From: Mustelus asterias
Taxonomy: Eukaryota
Reading direction: 5' to 3'
Assembly (NCBI RefSeq): GCF_964213995.1
Contig: NW_027590144.1
Span: 1,054,001 to 1,118,000 of the forward strand
Length of the DNA stretch: 64,000 nucleotides
The position numbers were made by a program, and so were the translations under genes. The notes beneath the pieces were generated by a model that saw nothing but the letters and a program-made list of their open reading frames with translations, was not told the origin of the DNA and did no database searches. Below, piece after piece: positions 1-11,497 of this stretch (positions within the stretch are counted from its first letter, which is position 1; each line of letters opens with the position of its first letter).

Positions 1-680
1 CCCAAGCTTCAGCCTTCATCAAAGTTCAGAAGTGGGATTTTCACTGATGATTGCACAAAGTTCCGCACCAGTTGCGACTCCTCAGTTACTGACACAGTCT
101 GTGCCCATATGCAGTAAGACTTAGAAAACATTCAGTCTTTGGATAATGAATGACAAGAAACATTCATGCACCACAAGTGGCAGGCAATGACAGTCTCCGA
201 TGAGGGAGATTCCAAACCACTCCCCATGACATTAAATGGCATTACCCATCGCTGAATTCGCCCATTATCAACATCCTGGGAATTATAATTCGTGAAAATC
301 TGAACGAAGAGACGTTTAAATCATGTGGCCACAGGAGCAGATCAGACGCTCGGAGTTCTGCTGTGAACAACGCACCTCCTGAATTCCAAACTCCTATCCA
401 TCATCTACAAGGCAAAAGGCTGGAGTATGAACAAATATCACAGAACAGTCAAGCACAGGAACAGGCTCTTCGGCCCACCAAATATGTGCCGACACAGATG
501 ATTGAATATTCCCTACTTGCCTGACTTGTGCCACTCAAAAGCTCAATGTCATTCTGGAGAAAGTAGCTGGCTCGAAGAACACCCCACCCACCAGCTTCCC
601 AAAGCCTGCCGCCATATTCTCAAAGGAATTCATGGTTTGACAACAAAAGCTGACTTTCCCAGTGACATCAAAATCACATG
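1..680 (+). mobile_element. Old CR1-clade LINE 3' fragment (RT C-terminus and tail)
   Basis: Decayed RT end (ttcactgatgattgcaca = FTDDCT-like); paralogous to 16490-17400. Confidence 0.7.
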
Positions 681-2400
681 AAACAATTTTAAACATACCA
701 TATCTCTGCCTATATTCAGCTAGCTTCTGCGTCTGTCTATATTACAGTAGGCTGCGCCTGGATCACATTCCAGGAGGTCATGTCTAAGCTTTTTCCTGCA
801 CTTGGTTCACTATCAGGTGTTCGTATATGAGACACAGGCCCTGTTTATATTATAATTTCTAAGTTATGGCTGTACTGAGCCATGCTTCTGCTGATCCGAC
901 AAGAGGCCGTGTCTCAATTCTTACTGCCTCAGAACATTAGCCACTGCATACTAAACTGGAGCAACTGCTTCATACATGACACATGTATCTGTCACAGTTA
1001 TTATGCTAATAGTTCGTTAGATTTTGAGAAACTCGATCCTGTTTGCGTTAATGCTGCACCAGTCCATGCATTTATTTATTTAAGACTATATCACGTCTGA
1101 GCTATAATTGCATTTTGCAATACCTCCTAATTGCTGCATTGTCCGTATCTCAGTGTGTATCAGTCTAGGCCCTGTACCAGTAATTATTACAAATAAACTG
1201 GGCTCTGTCTCAGTTTACATCGGTCTAGGTGCTGTATCAGTAATCATTACTAATACACTGGACTCTGTCTCAGTTTACATCTGTCACTGTCCTGTATCTA
1301 TTAGTAATTATTACTAATGCACTTGACTCCGTCTCACTCTAAAGAAATTTAGGTCCTGTATCATTAATTACTGGGCTCTGTCTCAGTTTATATGTATAAG
1401 CTCCTATGTCCAGTAAAACTGCACTAGACACTGTCTCAGTTTTATTTTCCTCGACGTTGTCATATATATTTGTAATGTTTGTTTCATGGGATGTGGGTGT
1501 CACTGAAAAGATCAGCATTTGGCCTTTGACCGTCCCCACATGGCACTCGGAAAGAAACCCATTTCTATTTTGCTGGATCAGGACCCAGTTTACGTTAAAT
1601 TAGAGTCTGTCTCTGTTAATACACTGCTAGACTTGAAATCAGCTTATATTACACTAGCCATACTCTCTGGTTAAGTCATATTTGATCCTGACCCTGTACA
1701 TATTTCACTAGACTGTGTTAGTGTTATGCCTGCACTTAACGTTGCCTCTATTTGAATGATGTCTGCATTTCTCCGCGGTTCTACGAGAAGAAGAGATATT
1801 ATGTTGGATGAAAAACAGTGGTCTCTGGCAGGATTCTGAAACAGGCAGTATTGGATCGACAGTATTTGGTCGGTGCGGGCTTCCAGTGCCGACGGGCCTG
1901 TTCCACAGCAGTAACTTTTCTTGTTCTTTGTTCTGTGTTGACAGTGCATGCTATACAGGTCTTAGTAACCATTTTCAATGCAGTCAGCAGAAGTAGATTT
2001 CAGATAACACTGCTTCTTTTCCTTGTTTAAGAGGATGCAGAGAATTGTGTCCCCCTAAACACTTTCCTCATTACTGGCATTGTCCAGTGCAGTAAAAACT
2101 GAGACCATTTCCAATGCAATATAAACGTGGATAGGGTCAAGTGCAGAAATAAGACTCCATCTAGTTTAATACAAACAGACAGGTCTAAATTAATACAAAC
2201 CGATACAGCGTCTAGTTTGATATAAACTGAAACATGTTGATGCATAATATAAACAGGGACAAGGTCTAATTTAGTATAATCAGAGAAAGCATCTCGTTTA
2301 TTATGTGTAGAGATAGGGTCGAGTGCAACATAAACCGAGGCATGACCTTATATAATAGAAGCTGGCACAGGGTAAATTTACTGTCTAATAAAGAGACTGG
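680..2400. repeat. Degenerate ~28-bp tandem repeat (consensus ~CCTGTCTCTGTTTATATTACACTAGAC), forward ~680-1770 and inverted ~2060-2400
   Basis: Recurring ctgtctcagttta.. units, with a 60-bp higher-order unit at 1141-1320; reverse-complement units gtctagt..aatataaacagagacagg after 2060. Confidence 0.7.
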
Positions 2401-3070
2401 TTCAATCCCCATGAAATCTGGAGAGACGGCCTACTGCCCCATCAAACATTCACAGGACAGGAGTAACATGGGGTTAGCTGTAAAGTTCCCCCATGCATTG
2501 CCAAATTTAACACTCCCAAGTCAGGAATAGCATGATTTAGATACAAAGTGAACCTCCCTCTCACTATCAAAATAAAACATTCCTGGAAAAGGGAGACTGT
2601 CTAGAAAGAGAGTGAAACTCCCTCTACAAAGTCTGCTCAAACACAATGAAGGCATACAGACCAGGGACTCTCTTCTAGGTAAAACCACTTCTGCATTTTT
2701 CCTTCAGAGAATCGGGAGGCAAGTTTCAATTGGTGTTCGGTAGAGGGGGAAGATCCCTCGACACAGTCCCATAAAATACACCCAGGTCAGGTACATCAGA
2801 GATTAGATCCGGATTAAATCTCCCTTTACAAGTAATATCAAATATTCAAAGGGCAGGTACGTGAGTTTAGATGCAGAGTAAATATTCCTCTACACTGTCC
2901 AGTCAAACAGTCCAAGGGCAGGGATAAATACAGGGAAAATTTCTTTGGTACTGCCACATCGAATCCTTGTTACGAGGTACAACACAGGTTAGATACAGAG
3001 GAAAATGTATAAAATATCCCAAGATCATAGAATGCTCAAGAGATCTTTTAGATTAAATCTCTCTCATGGA
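2400..3070 (+). repeat. Degenerate ~65-bp shark-type tandem repeat (..gggttagatacagagtaaagctccctctacactgtccccatcaaacactcccagg..)
   Basis: Repeated ttagatacagag / ctctacactgtcc / caaacactccca motifs; paralogue at ~19825-20100. Confidence 0.65.
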
Positions 3071-3381
3071 TTCCAATTCATTGCGTTGCATTCCTTGCAA
3101 CTCTGGCTGAGAGAATACATTAGGCAACATTGAATTCAGGTTGTGGAGGGAAGACGATGAACTATCGTGAAGAGACAAGACACAGAACCAGAAGGAGAAA
3201 GACAGAGAGACAGAGATGAAACACAGGGAATTTCCACGAACACATTTGCCGTGTTATCACATTTCGGGATCAGATGGATTATTTCCTAATTCTGAACATA
3301 GATATTGTCATGATTTTTTCCCTCATATAATCGATGAATAACTAAAGTATAAAAACAATCATTTCTGGAATCCGTTGATCG

Positions 3382-3580
3382 ATTTGCATGTTTGTCTCTA
3401 TTTCTGTGCTGTGTTGGTGGGGAAATATTTGTTTTGTTTTCGTCAGTCAACAATCTAATCTGGGATTTCTATTTCTGTGTTTATTTACATAAACACCTCA
3501 CTGTTTACAATGAAATGTTCATGGCAGCAAAAACAGATAAACCGTCACTTATTCATTCGTTTCAACTCAAAATAGCGGTT
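3382..3580. promoter_or_regulatory. Conserved non-coding block with octamer (candidate Ig-type enhancer), copy 1
   Basis: ATTTGCAT 3382-3389; FOX-like TGTTTAT/ATAAACA/TGTTTAC; AGATAA; 13 differences in ~200 bp versus 20421-20620 while the flanks are much more diverged. Confidence 0.5.
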
Positions 3581-3894
3581 ATTTTAAGAATATTAACAGT
3601 TGGTTCAAAATGAATAGAAATCTTTTTTAACATACATTACACCAGATGCTATTTAATTAAATGAATAAATACATTCTATTTCAGAATTTGTTCTGAAAGT
3701 TCTGATGTTACAATAAATAAAGTATCTGTGAGCAGGCTGGTATTCCACTGAATGTTAATTTGATTGATGATCTAAATTGCTTCAACTCGACAAGTTAAAA
3801 CAAAGAGAACTGATGTTTGAAATATTCCTGTCATAATTAGTGATCAGACTCACACGAGGGGAGAATAAAAAATCCAGTGTGGTTATCACTAAGT

Positions 3895-4380
3895 GATACA
3901 AGTAGCATTGCCTCCTCACAGTGACAGGGAAGCGGGTTCGATTCCAAACTTGGGTGACTGTGTGTGGTTTTTAACATTCGACCATGTCCATGTGAGTTTC
4001 CTCCGGTGCTCCGGTTTCCTTCCAGAGTCCAAGGATGTACGGGCTAGGTGGATTGGTATGATAAATTGCTCCTTTGAGTCCAAGGATGAGCAACGGAGAA
4101 TCACAGAATCCCTACAGTGCAGAAGGAGACCATTCGCTTCATCAAGTCTGCACCAGCTGTCCAGCAGGGCATCATTCCCAGGCCCAAGGTGGATTGGCGA
4201 TTCTAAATTGCCCCTTAGTGTCCAACGATGTGTCGGTTAGAGACATTAGCCTCTGAATATGTGAGGTTGTCGGGAAACGGTGAAGGCTGGGCCTGGATAG
4301 GATGCTCTGCTGGAGAGCAGCTGCAGACTTGATGGACCGAATGGCCTCCTACTGCACTGCACTGGATTCTATGATTCTAT
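3895..4380 (+). mobile_element. HE1-like V-SINE (fragmented, with an internal inverted piece)
   Basis: tRNA-like head, V-domain gtttcctccggtgctccggtttcct, CR1-like tail ggattctatgattcta. Confidence 0.75.
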
Positions 4381-4469
4381 GCTGCTATGATCAGCAGAGG
4401 AATGAATATATTCGCATTAATCTCTCAGCACTTCCAACGTATTACAACTTTCATTTTGGTAGAGCTTAC

Positions 4470-4735
4470 ATTTATAAAACGCTTTACCGGACTTCATGTA
4501 GTCCCAAAGTTCTTAAAACTCACTAATGTACCTTTGCTGAATTTAGTCACTGCTATCATATTGCAAATACACCAGGTAATGTACGTACAACAAACTCCCA
4601 CAAACCGAGATGTGATAAATTGCCAGTAAATTTGTGATTTTGTTTGAAGAATCAGTATTAAGGTAGGATATTGGGGAGAACAGCCTTGCTCTTTAGAATT
4701 ATATCAATGAGATTTTGCACCCTGGCATCGATTTT
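4470..4735 (-). mobile_element. Ancient Deu-domain SINE (SacSINE1/AmnSINE-like) fragment
   Basis: tagtcactgct..ctcccacaaac..gatgtgataa resembles the Deu domain; paralogue at ~20810-21075. Confidence 0.5.
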
Positions 4736-5076
4736 AAATGTGAATCTGGTTCTCTATCTGCTTATGCACACTGACCTGCTCAGTCGCATTTGTGTTGCTT
4801 TAGTTTTAGATTTCCAGAATCGGCAGCACTTGACACTGTTGTTATTGATCCTCTGGATGTGAGCATCACTGACAAAGCCAACATTTAGTTGTCCCTGCTG
4901 AGAAGGCGGGTGTGAACCACCTGGTTGAAACCTGCCCTCTGGATGATTTTATTATTTGTTTTTCCATAGCAGCTTTGATACAACTGACTGGCCTGACCGG
5001 CAATTTCAGTAGTGGCTAAGAGTAATTTTCATCATAGTGGAATTGGAGTCTATGCAGAACAGACAGGGTAAAGATA

Positions 5077-5577
5077 GGAATCTTCTGTTTTCAGTTATTT
5101 CCAAAGAGACGATGTCGTTTAAAGTATAAAAGCAAATTACTACGGATGCTGGAATTGAAACCAAAAGAGAAAATGTTGGAAAATCTCAGCAGGCCTGGCA
5201 ATATCTGAGGAGAGAAAATAGCTGACATTTCGAATGTTTTGACAAAGGGTCATCTGGAATCGAAAAGTCAGTTATTCTCTCTACTTACAGATGCTGCCAG
5301 ACTTGCTGAGGTTTTCCAGCATTTTCTCTTTCCGTTGTTTGAAGTGTCTTTGGTTGGGTAAATTGATTCTGAATCCCTGGGGCGGAGGAATTGTAGGTTG
5401 ACCCAAGACTATCGTACTGAAGAAGACACTGTAAACACTGTTCAGGGACCTGTCGGACCCAGACCATCCAGTCACTGCCAACATTGAATGCGTTGGCTTT
5501 GCAGGTCAGTCTCAAAGAGTTTCAGGGGCGCCCAGTTTCTGCCTCTCGCTGACTCAACGCAACCTCCGATTCGACAC
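5077..5577 (-). pseudogene. IGHV: Immunoglobulin heavy-chain V (IgM-type VH) pseudogene
   Basis: Minus-strand translation VESEVALSQREAETGRP*NSLRLTCKANAFNVGSDWMVWVRQVPEQCLQCLLQYDSLGSTYNSSAPGIQNQFT/TKDTSNN, resuming after the 5126-5333 insertion as IVSLEI/LKTEDS; Cys23 (5501-5503) and Trp41 (5459-5461) present; stop at 5522-5524; frameshifts; acceptor AG mutated to AA; YYC and RSS missing. Confidence 0.9.
5126..5333. mobile_element. Palindromic (foldback) Penelope-like short insertion with ~12-bp TSD
   Basis: gagaaaatgttggaaaatctcagcagg... vs ...cttgctgaggttttccagcattttctc inverted arms; TSD gtcgtttaaagt (5114-5125) / gttgtttgaagt (5334-5345). Confidence 0.7.
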
Positions 5578-5619
5578 TTGTAAAAATATCTAAAATCCTA
5601 TGAAAATAAAACGCCACGC

Positions 5620-5885
5620 ACTTCGGACATACTCTCTCACCTTTTCCCATCGGGAACAAGGTACAAAAGTCTGAGGACATGTATAAACCGACTCAAAAAC
5701 AATTTATTTCCTGCTGCTATCAGACGTTTGAATGGACCTCCGCCGCATTAAGTTCATCTTTCTCTACACCCCAGCTATGACTGCAAAATTTACATTATTC
5801 ACTCTCTCCCTTCCTTCCCTATATACGTTATGCTCTGACTGTATAGTGCGCAAGAAACAATAATTTACACTGTGTACTAATTAAG
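5620..5885 (+). mobile_element. Rex1/Babar-like LINE 3' end
   Basis: tacaaaagtctgaggacat..ccgactcaaaaac..ttcctgctgctatcagac..gcgcaagaaacaata; the same tail occurs reversed at ~58375-58725. Confidence 0.6.
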
Positions 5886-5953
5886 TGTCTTTATTTCTGC
5901 ACCTCTTCACAAGGGAATGGACATAAACAGATGACATTACCTTATCAGGGTAA

Positions 5954-5974
5954 AGACGTCAGTCTGATTTGCAA
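5954..5974 (-). promoter_or_regulatory. CRE-like and octamer-like motifs upstream of the VH pseudogene (putative promoter relic)
   Basis: TGACGTCT (minus strand, 5954-5961) and ATTTGCAA (5967-5974) about 380 bp upstream of the V exon. Confidence 0.3.
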
Positions 5975-6114
5975 TAATTCTGTGTCTCTAACACATTACA
6001 GCGAAATATAATTCATTGGAAGAATTATTATCGAATTATGTAACTTAATGCTGGGATGATTGTGTTTCAGGTGTGGATAGCTATCACTGTAATTTGGGAC
6101 TGGATATAAGAAGA

Positions 6115-6450
6115 AGAGAAGCAGTGGCCTCGTGTTATTATCGCTAGACAATTAATCCACAAACTCAACTAATGTTCTCAGGACCCGGCTTCGAATCCCG
6201 CCACGGCAGATGATGGAATTTAAATTCAGTAAAAACATCTGGAATTAAGAATCTACTTATGACCATGATATCATTGTCGATTGTGTAAAAACCTATCTTG
6301 TTCATTAATGTCCTTGAGAGCAGGAAATATGCCGTCCTTACCTCATCTAACCTACATGTGATTGCAGAGCCACAGCAATGTATTTAGCTCTCAACTGCCC
6401 TCGACAATGGGTGGGCAATAAATGCTGATCAGCCAGCGGCACCCATGTCC
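6115..6450 (+). mobile_element. tRNA-derived SINE with CR1-type tail
   Basis: Box A/B-like head (gcagtggcc..ggcttcgaatccc); tail gggcaataaatgctg..cccatgtcc shared with the old LINE family. Confidence 0.65.
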
Positions 6451-6748
6451 ATAGAATCCCTGCAGAGCAGAAGGAGCATATCGGGCCCGCAGCGACAACG
6501 CTCCCACCCAGGCCCTATTCCCATCCCTGCTAATTCATATATTCCCTGCTAATTCACTTGATTCTATGGGACAATTCATCATCGGCAATCAACCGAATCG
6601 GCATATCTTTGGACCATGGGAGTAAACAGGCAGACAATTGGAGAATGTGCAGACTACACACAGACAGTGACCCATTCCGGGAATTGAACCACGGTCCCTG
6701 ATGCTGTGAAGCAGCAATGGTAACCACTATGCCACCTTGCCGCCCACG
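6450..6748 (-). mobile_element. HE1-like V-SINE
   Basis: Reverse complement of gggcggcaaggtggcatagtggtta.. Confidence 0.75.
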
Positions 6749-6840
6749 AATAAATTAACAAAATAAACTCCTTATCTGATACAATGTTACACCTTATATT
6801 TTCCCAACAGCTCCTTAACCCTGTGAAAATTAACGGTGAA

Positions 6841-7950
6841 AGGAAACTTCTTGACTTACAATTAAGCATTGAGTTGACAGAGAAACATAAAATTGACATT
6901 GACTTTTGACAAAGAAGCTTTTGAATTAGAACGGACACGGCAATCAGGAAAGTTCTCCTTCAGCATCCAAGTCATGACAGTTCATTTTATAGGCCAGCAG
7001 CTGGTATTGGGAACACAGGACATCAGGACTTTGCGGCATAATGCATAATATCACAAGAATAAATATTTTATCTTTCACTGAACCAGGTTATGAACTGGTC
7101 ATTTCTTCACTCATTGGCAGTTATGAGAGGGACTGTTAAATAATCGAAACCAGATTATGCTGGACAACAGAACACGTTGTACATCAGGCATAAGTTTTTA
7201 ATGAGGAGCAGAACATTGAGAATTTTCCAGAAATCCCCGCTGTTCAAGGTAGATATATGATTTTCTTTTACTTTTAATTATTTTCATTTTTGTGCCTTTA
7301 CACTGACCTCATTGGACTGAGGGATTGGGGACATCAACATATTTTTCCTGCACTTCATGAAGTTGTTCATAAAGAGGCTTTAATTGTTGGAAGGACATTT
7401 CTTTGGAGGCTATACAAATGAAATAGCATCAAGTCAATTGACTAGTTTCCGATACTTTTTAATCACATAATGAAAAGTGCATTCATTTAAAATATTTGCT
7501 TAGAAGAAAAGCCATTTAAAATGTGCCTTCCTTTTGGGAATAAAACATTTATTGTGTAACTGACGAAGTCCCATGTTATCCTTACAGATTCACGTTAATC
7601 TGTCCTACGCAGTATTTGGCAACAGTCCAGCCTGCTGCCAAATACCCAAAAACATTTACAGGAAGCATCTGAGGGTGTTTGTTCAGTAAATCAAAAACCT
7701 GTTTCCTCAGTACTGAACACTTGGCTGCAAGCCAACTTCAAACTCTCAGCATTGTCAATGGGGCCTATTTATAAACAAATCTACCCAGCAACAGTACTGG
7801 AGGCAATTTAATTATTTTTAAGTTGCAAACATCTATGAATGTTTGCCATTTCTTCGGAAAAGAAAGTATTCAGCTCCTCTGGCACCTTGTTAGCAACAAT
7901 GATGATCTCTCCAACACAACAAAACATTGATGGATGGATATTAAAAAAAT
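6841..7950 (+). mobile_element. Fossil hAT transposase fragment
   Basis: KLLDLQLSIELTEKHKIDID..AIRKVLLQH at the 5' end; QYWRQFNYF*VANIYECLP / SEKKVFSSSGTLL..NIDGWILKK (7792-7950) resembles the hAT dimerisation domain (WW..P.LA..YL..PATS..SER.FS.AG). Confidence 0.55.
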
Positions 7951-8029
7951 ACCGGCAGATTATGAGAGTTGATTCAGAGAGGTGATATATTTTATACTAG
8001 AAAAACATGTATGCTTGTGTTTTATTTCA

Positions 8030-8385
8030 CTTTACCCTTCCATGGGACGTCAGAATCTCTGGAAAGGCCAACATTTATTCCCTTTGCCTAATTTCTCTTG
8101 AACTGAGTGGTATGCTAGGGCATCTCAGAAGGCATTGCCCAGTTAGTTATATTGCTGTCCGTCTGCAGTCACATCCTGATGAGACCAGGTAGGGATGGCA
8201 GATTTCCTTCATTGGGGAATCAGAGAGGTTTATCTGGTCGCTGTCAGTATGTATTCCAGATTTATTGATTGAATTCAAATTCCACCAGCTGCCAGGGTCG
8301 GATTTAATCTCGTGTCTCCACGTCATTGGCCTGGGCTTCTGGATTACTGGTACACTGGCATTAAGATTACGCCACCATCTACCCA
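8030..8385 (-). mobile_element. tRNA-derived SINE (same family as 6115-6450)
   Basis: Reverse-complement head/tail similarity. Confidence 0.55.
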
Positions 8386-8579
8386 ACAATAAAGGAATGT
8401 TTGCGTTGATGCAGGGATGAACGATAGTTGGATGCCTGAATGTTTTGATTGAGGAATCAGTGAGTGGATGAATGGATGTGACGATAGCTTGTCCTAAAAT
8501 TTGCTGTTCTACATGCACATATTTGTGATTTACTACTTCAAAAATCGAAGCAGGTCCTTTATTCCAAGTGTGTCAGTAT

Positions 8580-10590
8580 ATAAGACCATAAGTCCATAAA
8601 ACATAAGACATAGGAGCAGAATGAGGCCACTCGGTCCATCGAGCCTGCTCCGCCATTCAATCATGGCTGACATTGTTCTCATCCACATTCTCTTGCCGTT
8701 TCCCCATAAGCACTGATCCTCTTATTACTCACAAACCCCTCTATCTTTGTCTTAAAAACACCCAATGACCTCGCCTCCACAGCCTTCTGCGGCAAGAGAT
8801 CCACAAATTTACCACACTCTGGCTGAAGAAATTCCTCCTCATCTCTGTTTTAAAGGATCGTCCCTTTAGTCTGAGGTAATGCCCTCTGGTTCTACTTTTT
8901 CCTACGAGTGGAAACATCCTCTCCACGCCCACTCTATCCAGGCCTCGCAGTAGCCTGAAAGTTTCAATAAGATCTCCCCTCATCCTTCAAAACTCCAACG
9001 AGTACAGATCCAGAGGACTCAACCATTCCTCATACAGCAAGCGCTTCATTCCAGGAATCATTCTTGTGAAACTCCACTGGACCCTTTCCATGGCCAGCAC
9101 ATCCTTCCTTAGATATGGGGCTCAAGACTCACAATACTCCAATTGGGTCTGACCAGAGCCTTGTACAGCCTCAGAAGTACATCCCTGCTCTTGTATTCTA
9201 GCCCTCTCGACATGAATGCAAACATTGCATTTGCCTTCCTGAACCTGCACTTTAACCTTAAGAGAATCTTGAACAATGACTCCCAAGTCCCTTCGTATTT
9301 TTGATTTCCTCAGCATTTTCCCATTTAGAAAATAGTCTATGCCTCCATTCCTCCTTCCAAGCGCGTAACCTCACACTTTTCCAAATTGAATTCCAGCTGC
9401 CACAACTTTGCCGACTCTGCTAACCTGTCCAAGCCCTTCTGCAGCCCCCCTGCTTCCTCAATACTACCTGTCCCTCTACATATCGTTGTATCATCTGCAA
9501 CCTTAGCAACAGTGCCTTCAGTTCCTTCCTCCAAATCGTTAATGCATACTGTGAAAGGTTGTGGTCCAGGCACTGACCCCTGAGGCACACCACTAGTCAC
9601 CGGCTGCCATCCTGAGAAAGACCCCTTTACTCCCACTCTCTGCCTTCTGCTAATCAACCAATCCTCTATCCATGAAAGGATCTTACCCTTAACACCATGT
9701 GCACTTAACTTATTTAACAGTCTCTTTTTCGGCACCTTGTCAAAGGCCTTCTGGAAATCTAAATAAATCATGTCCACTGGCTCTCATTTATCTAACTTCC
9801 TTGCTACCTCCTCAAATAACTCTAACAGATTTGTCAGATATTACCTCCCCTTCAGAAAACTGTGCTGACTCAGTCCTTCTTTATCATGCACTTCCATGCA
9901 CTCTGCGATCTCATCTTTAATAATGGAATTTAAAGTCTTGCCAATGAACGAAGCCAGGCTAACCGGCCTATAATTTCTCGTGTACTGCCTCCCTCCCATC
10001 TTAAACAGTGGTGTTGCATTCGCTACTTTCCAGTCCTCTGGTACATTCCCTGCCTCCAGTGATTTCTGAAAGACCACCACCGATGCTTCCACAATTTCCT
10101 CAGTTATCTCTTTTAGAAACCTGTGGTGTAGTCCTTCCGGTCCAGGTGAATTATCCACCTTCAGACCTTTCAATTTCCCCAGAACCTTCTCCTTAGTGAT
10201 GGCCACTGCAGTTACCTGTGCCCCCGGACTCTCTTGGAGCTCTGGCATTCCACTGGTGTTTTCCACCGTGAAGACTGATGCAAAGTAACTATTCAGGTCC
10301 TCTGCCATTGCTTTGTTTCCTATTATTAGTTCTCCAGTCTAATTTTCCAGTGGTCCAATGTCAATGTTTGCGTCTTTCTTACCTTTTTTTATATTGAAAA
10401 GAACTCTCCCTGTCTTATTTGATATTACTAGCTAGCTTACACTCATATTTCATCTTCTCCCCTCTTATTGCTTTTTTAGTTGTCCTCTGCTCGCTTTTAA
10501 AGACGTCCCAATCCTCTGGCTTCCCACTAATCTTTGCCGCTTTGTATGCTTTAACTTTTGCTTTAATGCTGTGCTTGACCTTTATGCTGT
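8580..10590 (-). mobile_element. 5'-truncated CR1 LINE (ORF2 fragments)
   Basis: ORFs with [46 protein letters not shown]; (cataaga)n tail at ~8580. Confidence 0.95.
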
Positions 10591-10702
10591 GCGACAACCT
10601 TTAGTCCTTCCAGATTTTCTCGGTGAATCCAATCCCCGAGATATCGGGAACAAATGAACTAAGAGCAGTCTGACTTTTTTTCCATCTGCTGATGGTGACT
10701 CG

Positions 10703-11275
10703 AGTCATAGAGTCATAAAGGTTGAGAGCATGGACACAAGCATTTCGGCCCTACTTGTCCATACCGCCCTTTTTATTAACCGTTAAGCTTGTCCCAATTT
10801 CCCGCGTTTGACCCATAACGCTCTGTACTCATCCTACCCATGTAACTGTCTAAACCCTTTTTAAAAGACAAAATTGTACCCGCCTCTACCACTACCTCTG
10901 GCAGCCTGTTCCAGACACTTGCCACACTCTGTGTGAAACAATATCCCCTCTGAACCATTTTGTATCTCTCCACTCTCATCTTAAACCTATGCCCTCTCGT
11001 TTTAGACTCCTCTATCATTGGGAAAATATATTGAATATCGAGCTGATCTATGCACCTCATTATTTTATAGACTTCTATAAGATCCCCCCAAGCCTCCTAC
11101 GCTCCGGAGAAAAAGTCCCAGTCTATCCAGCCTCTCCCTACAATTCAAACCACCAAGGTCTCGTAGCGTTCTAGTAAAACTTTTCTGCATTCTTTCTAGT
11201 TTAATAATATCCGTTCTATTATAGGGTGACCAGAACTGTACACAGCATTCCAAGTGTAGCCTCACCGATGTCTTC
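10703..11275 (-). mobile_element. CR1 3' fragment
   Basis: HLECCVQFWSP, WNRLPEVVVEA; agtcatag tail repeat. Confidence 0.9.
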
Positions 11276-11497
11276 AAAATCTTCAAATCCAAGATGGAAA
11301 GAGGGATTAGGTTGAGGGGGGAGGATTGTAATATTTGGAACATATGGCCCTTTCTAGTGCAACAAATCACTCAACATATCATCACCTAAATTAGCGAAGG
11401 TAACAGGCTAAAAAAATAATGAGGCAATTGAAATGTTGTGAAACTCACTGGACAGATCCAAGTGGTAAATGACTTTCCAATACTGTGTAAGTGTGCA

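Noticed and set aside
882-2530. Short ORFs in the degenerate tandem-repeat region
   Set aside because: Low-complexity repeat translations, not conserved in frame in the duplicate copy.
3845-3895. Minus-strand donor site (gtgagt) suggesting a leader or J exon
   Set aside because: No start codon, FGXG/WGXG motif or downstream V exon could be found.
6066-6112. FGTG motif (tttgggactgga) as a J segment
   Set aside because: An in-frame stop precedes it, and there is no credible RSS, GT.L.V continuation or donor site.
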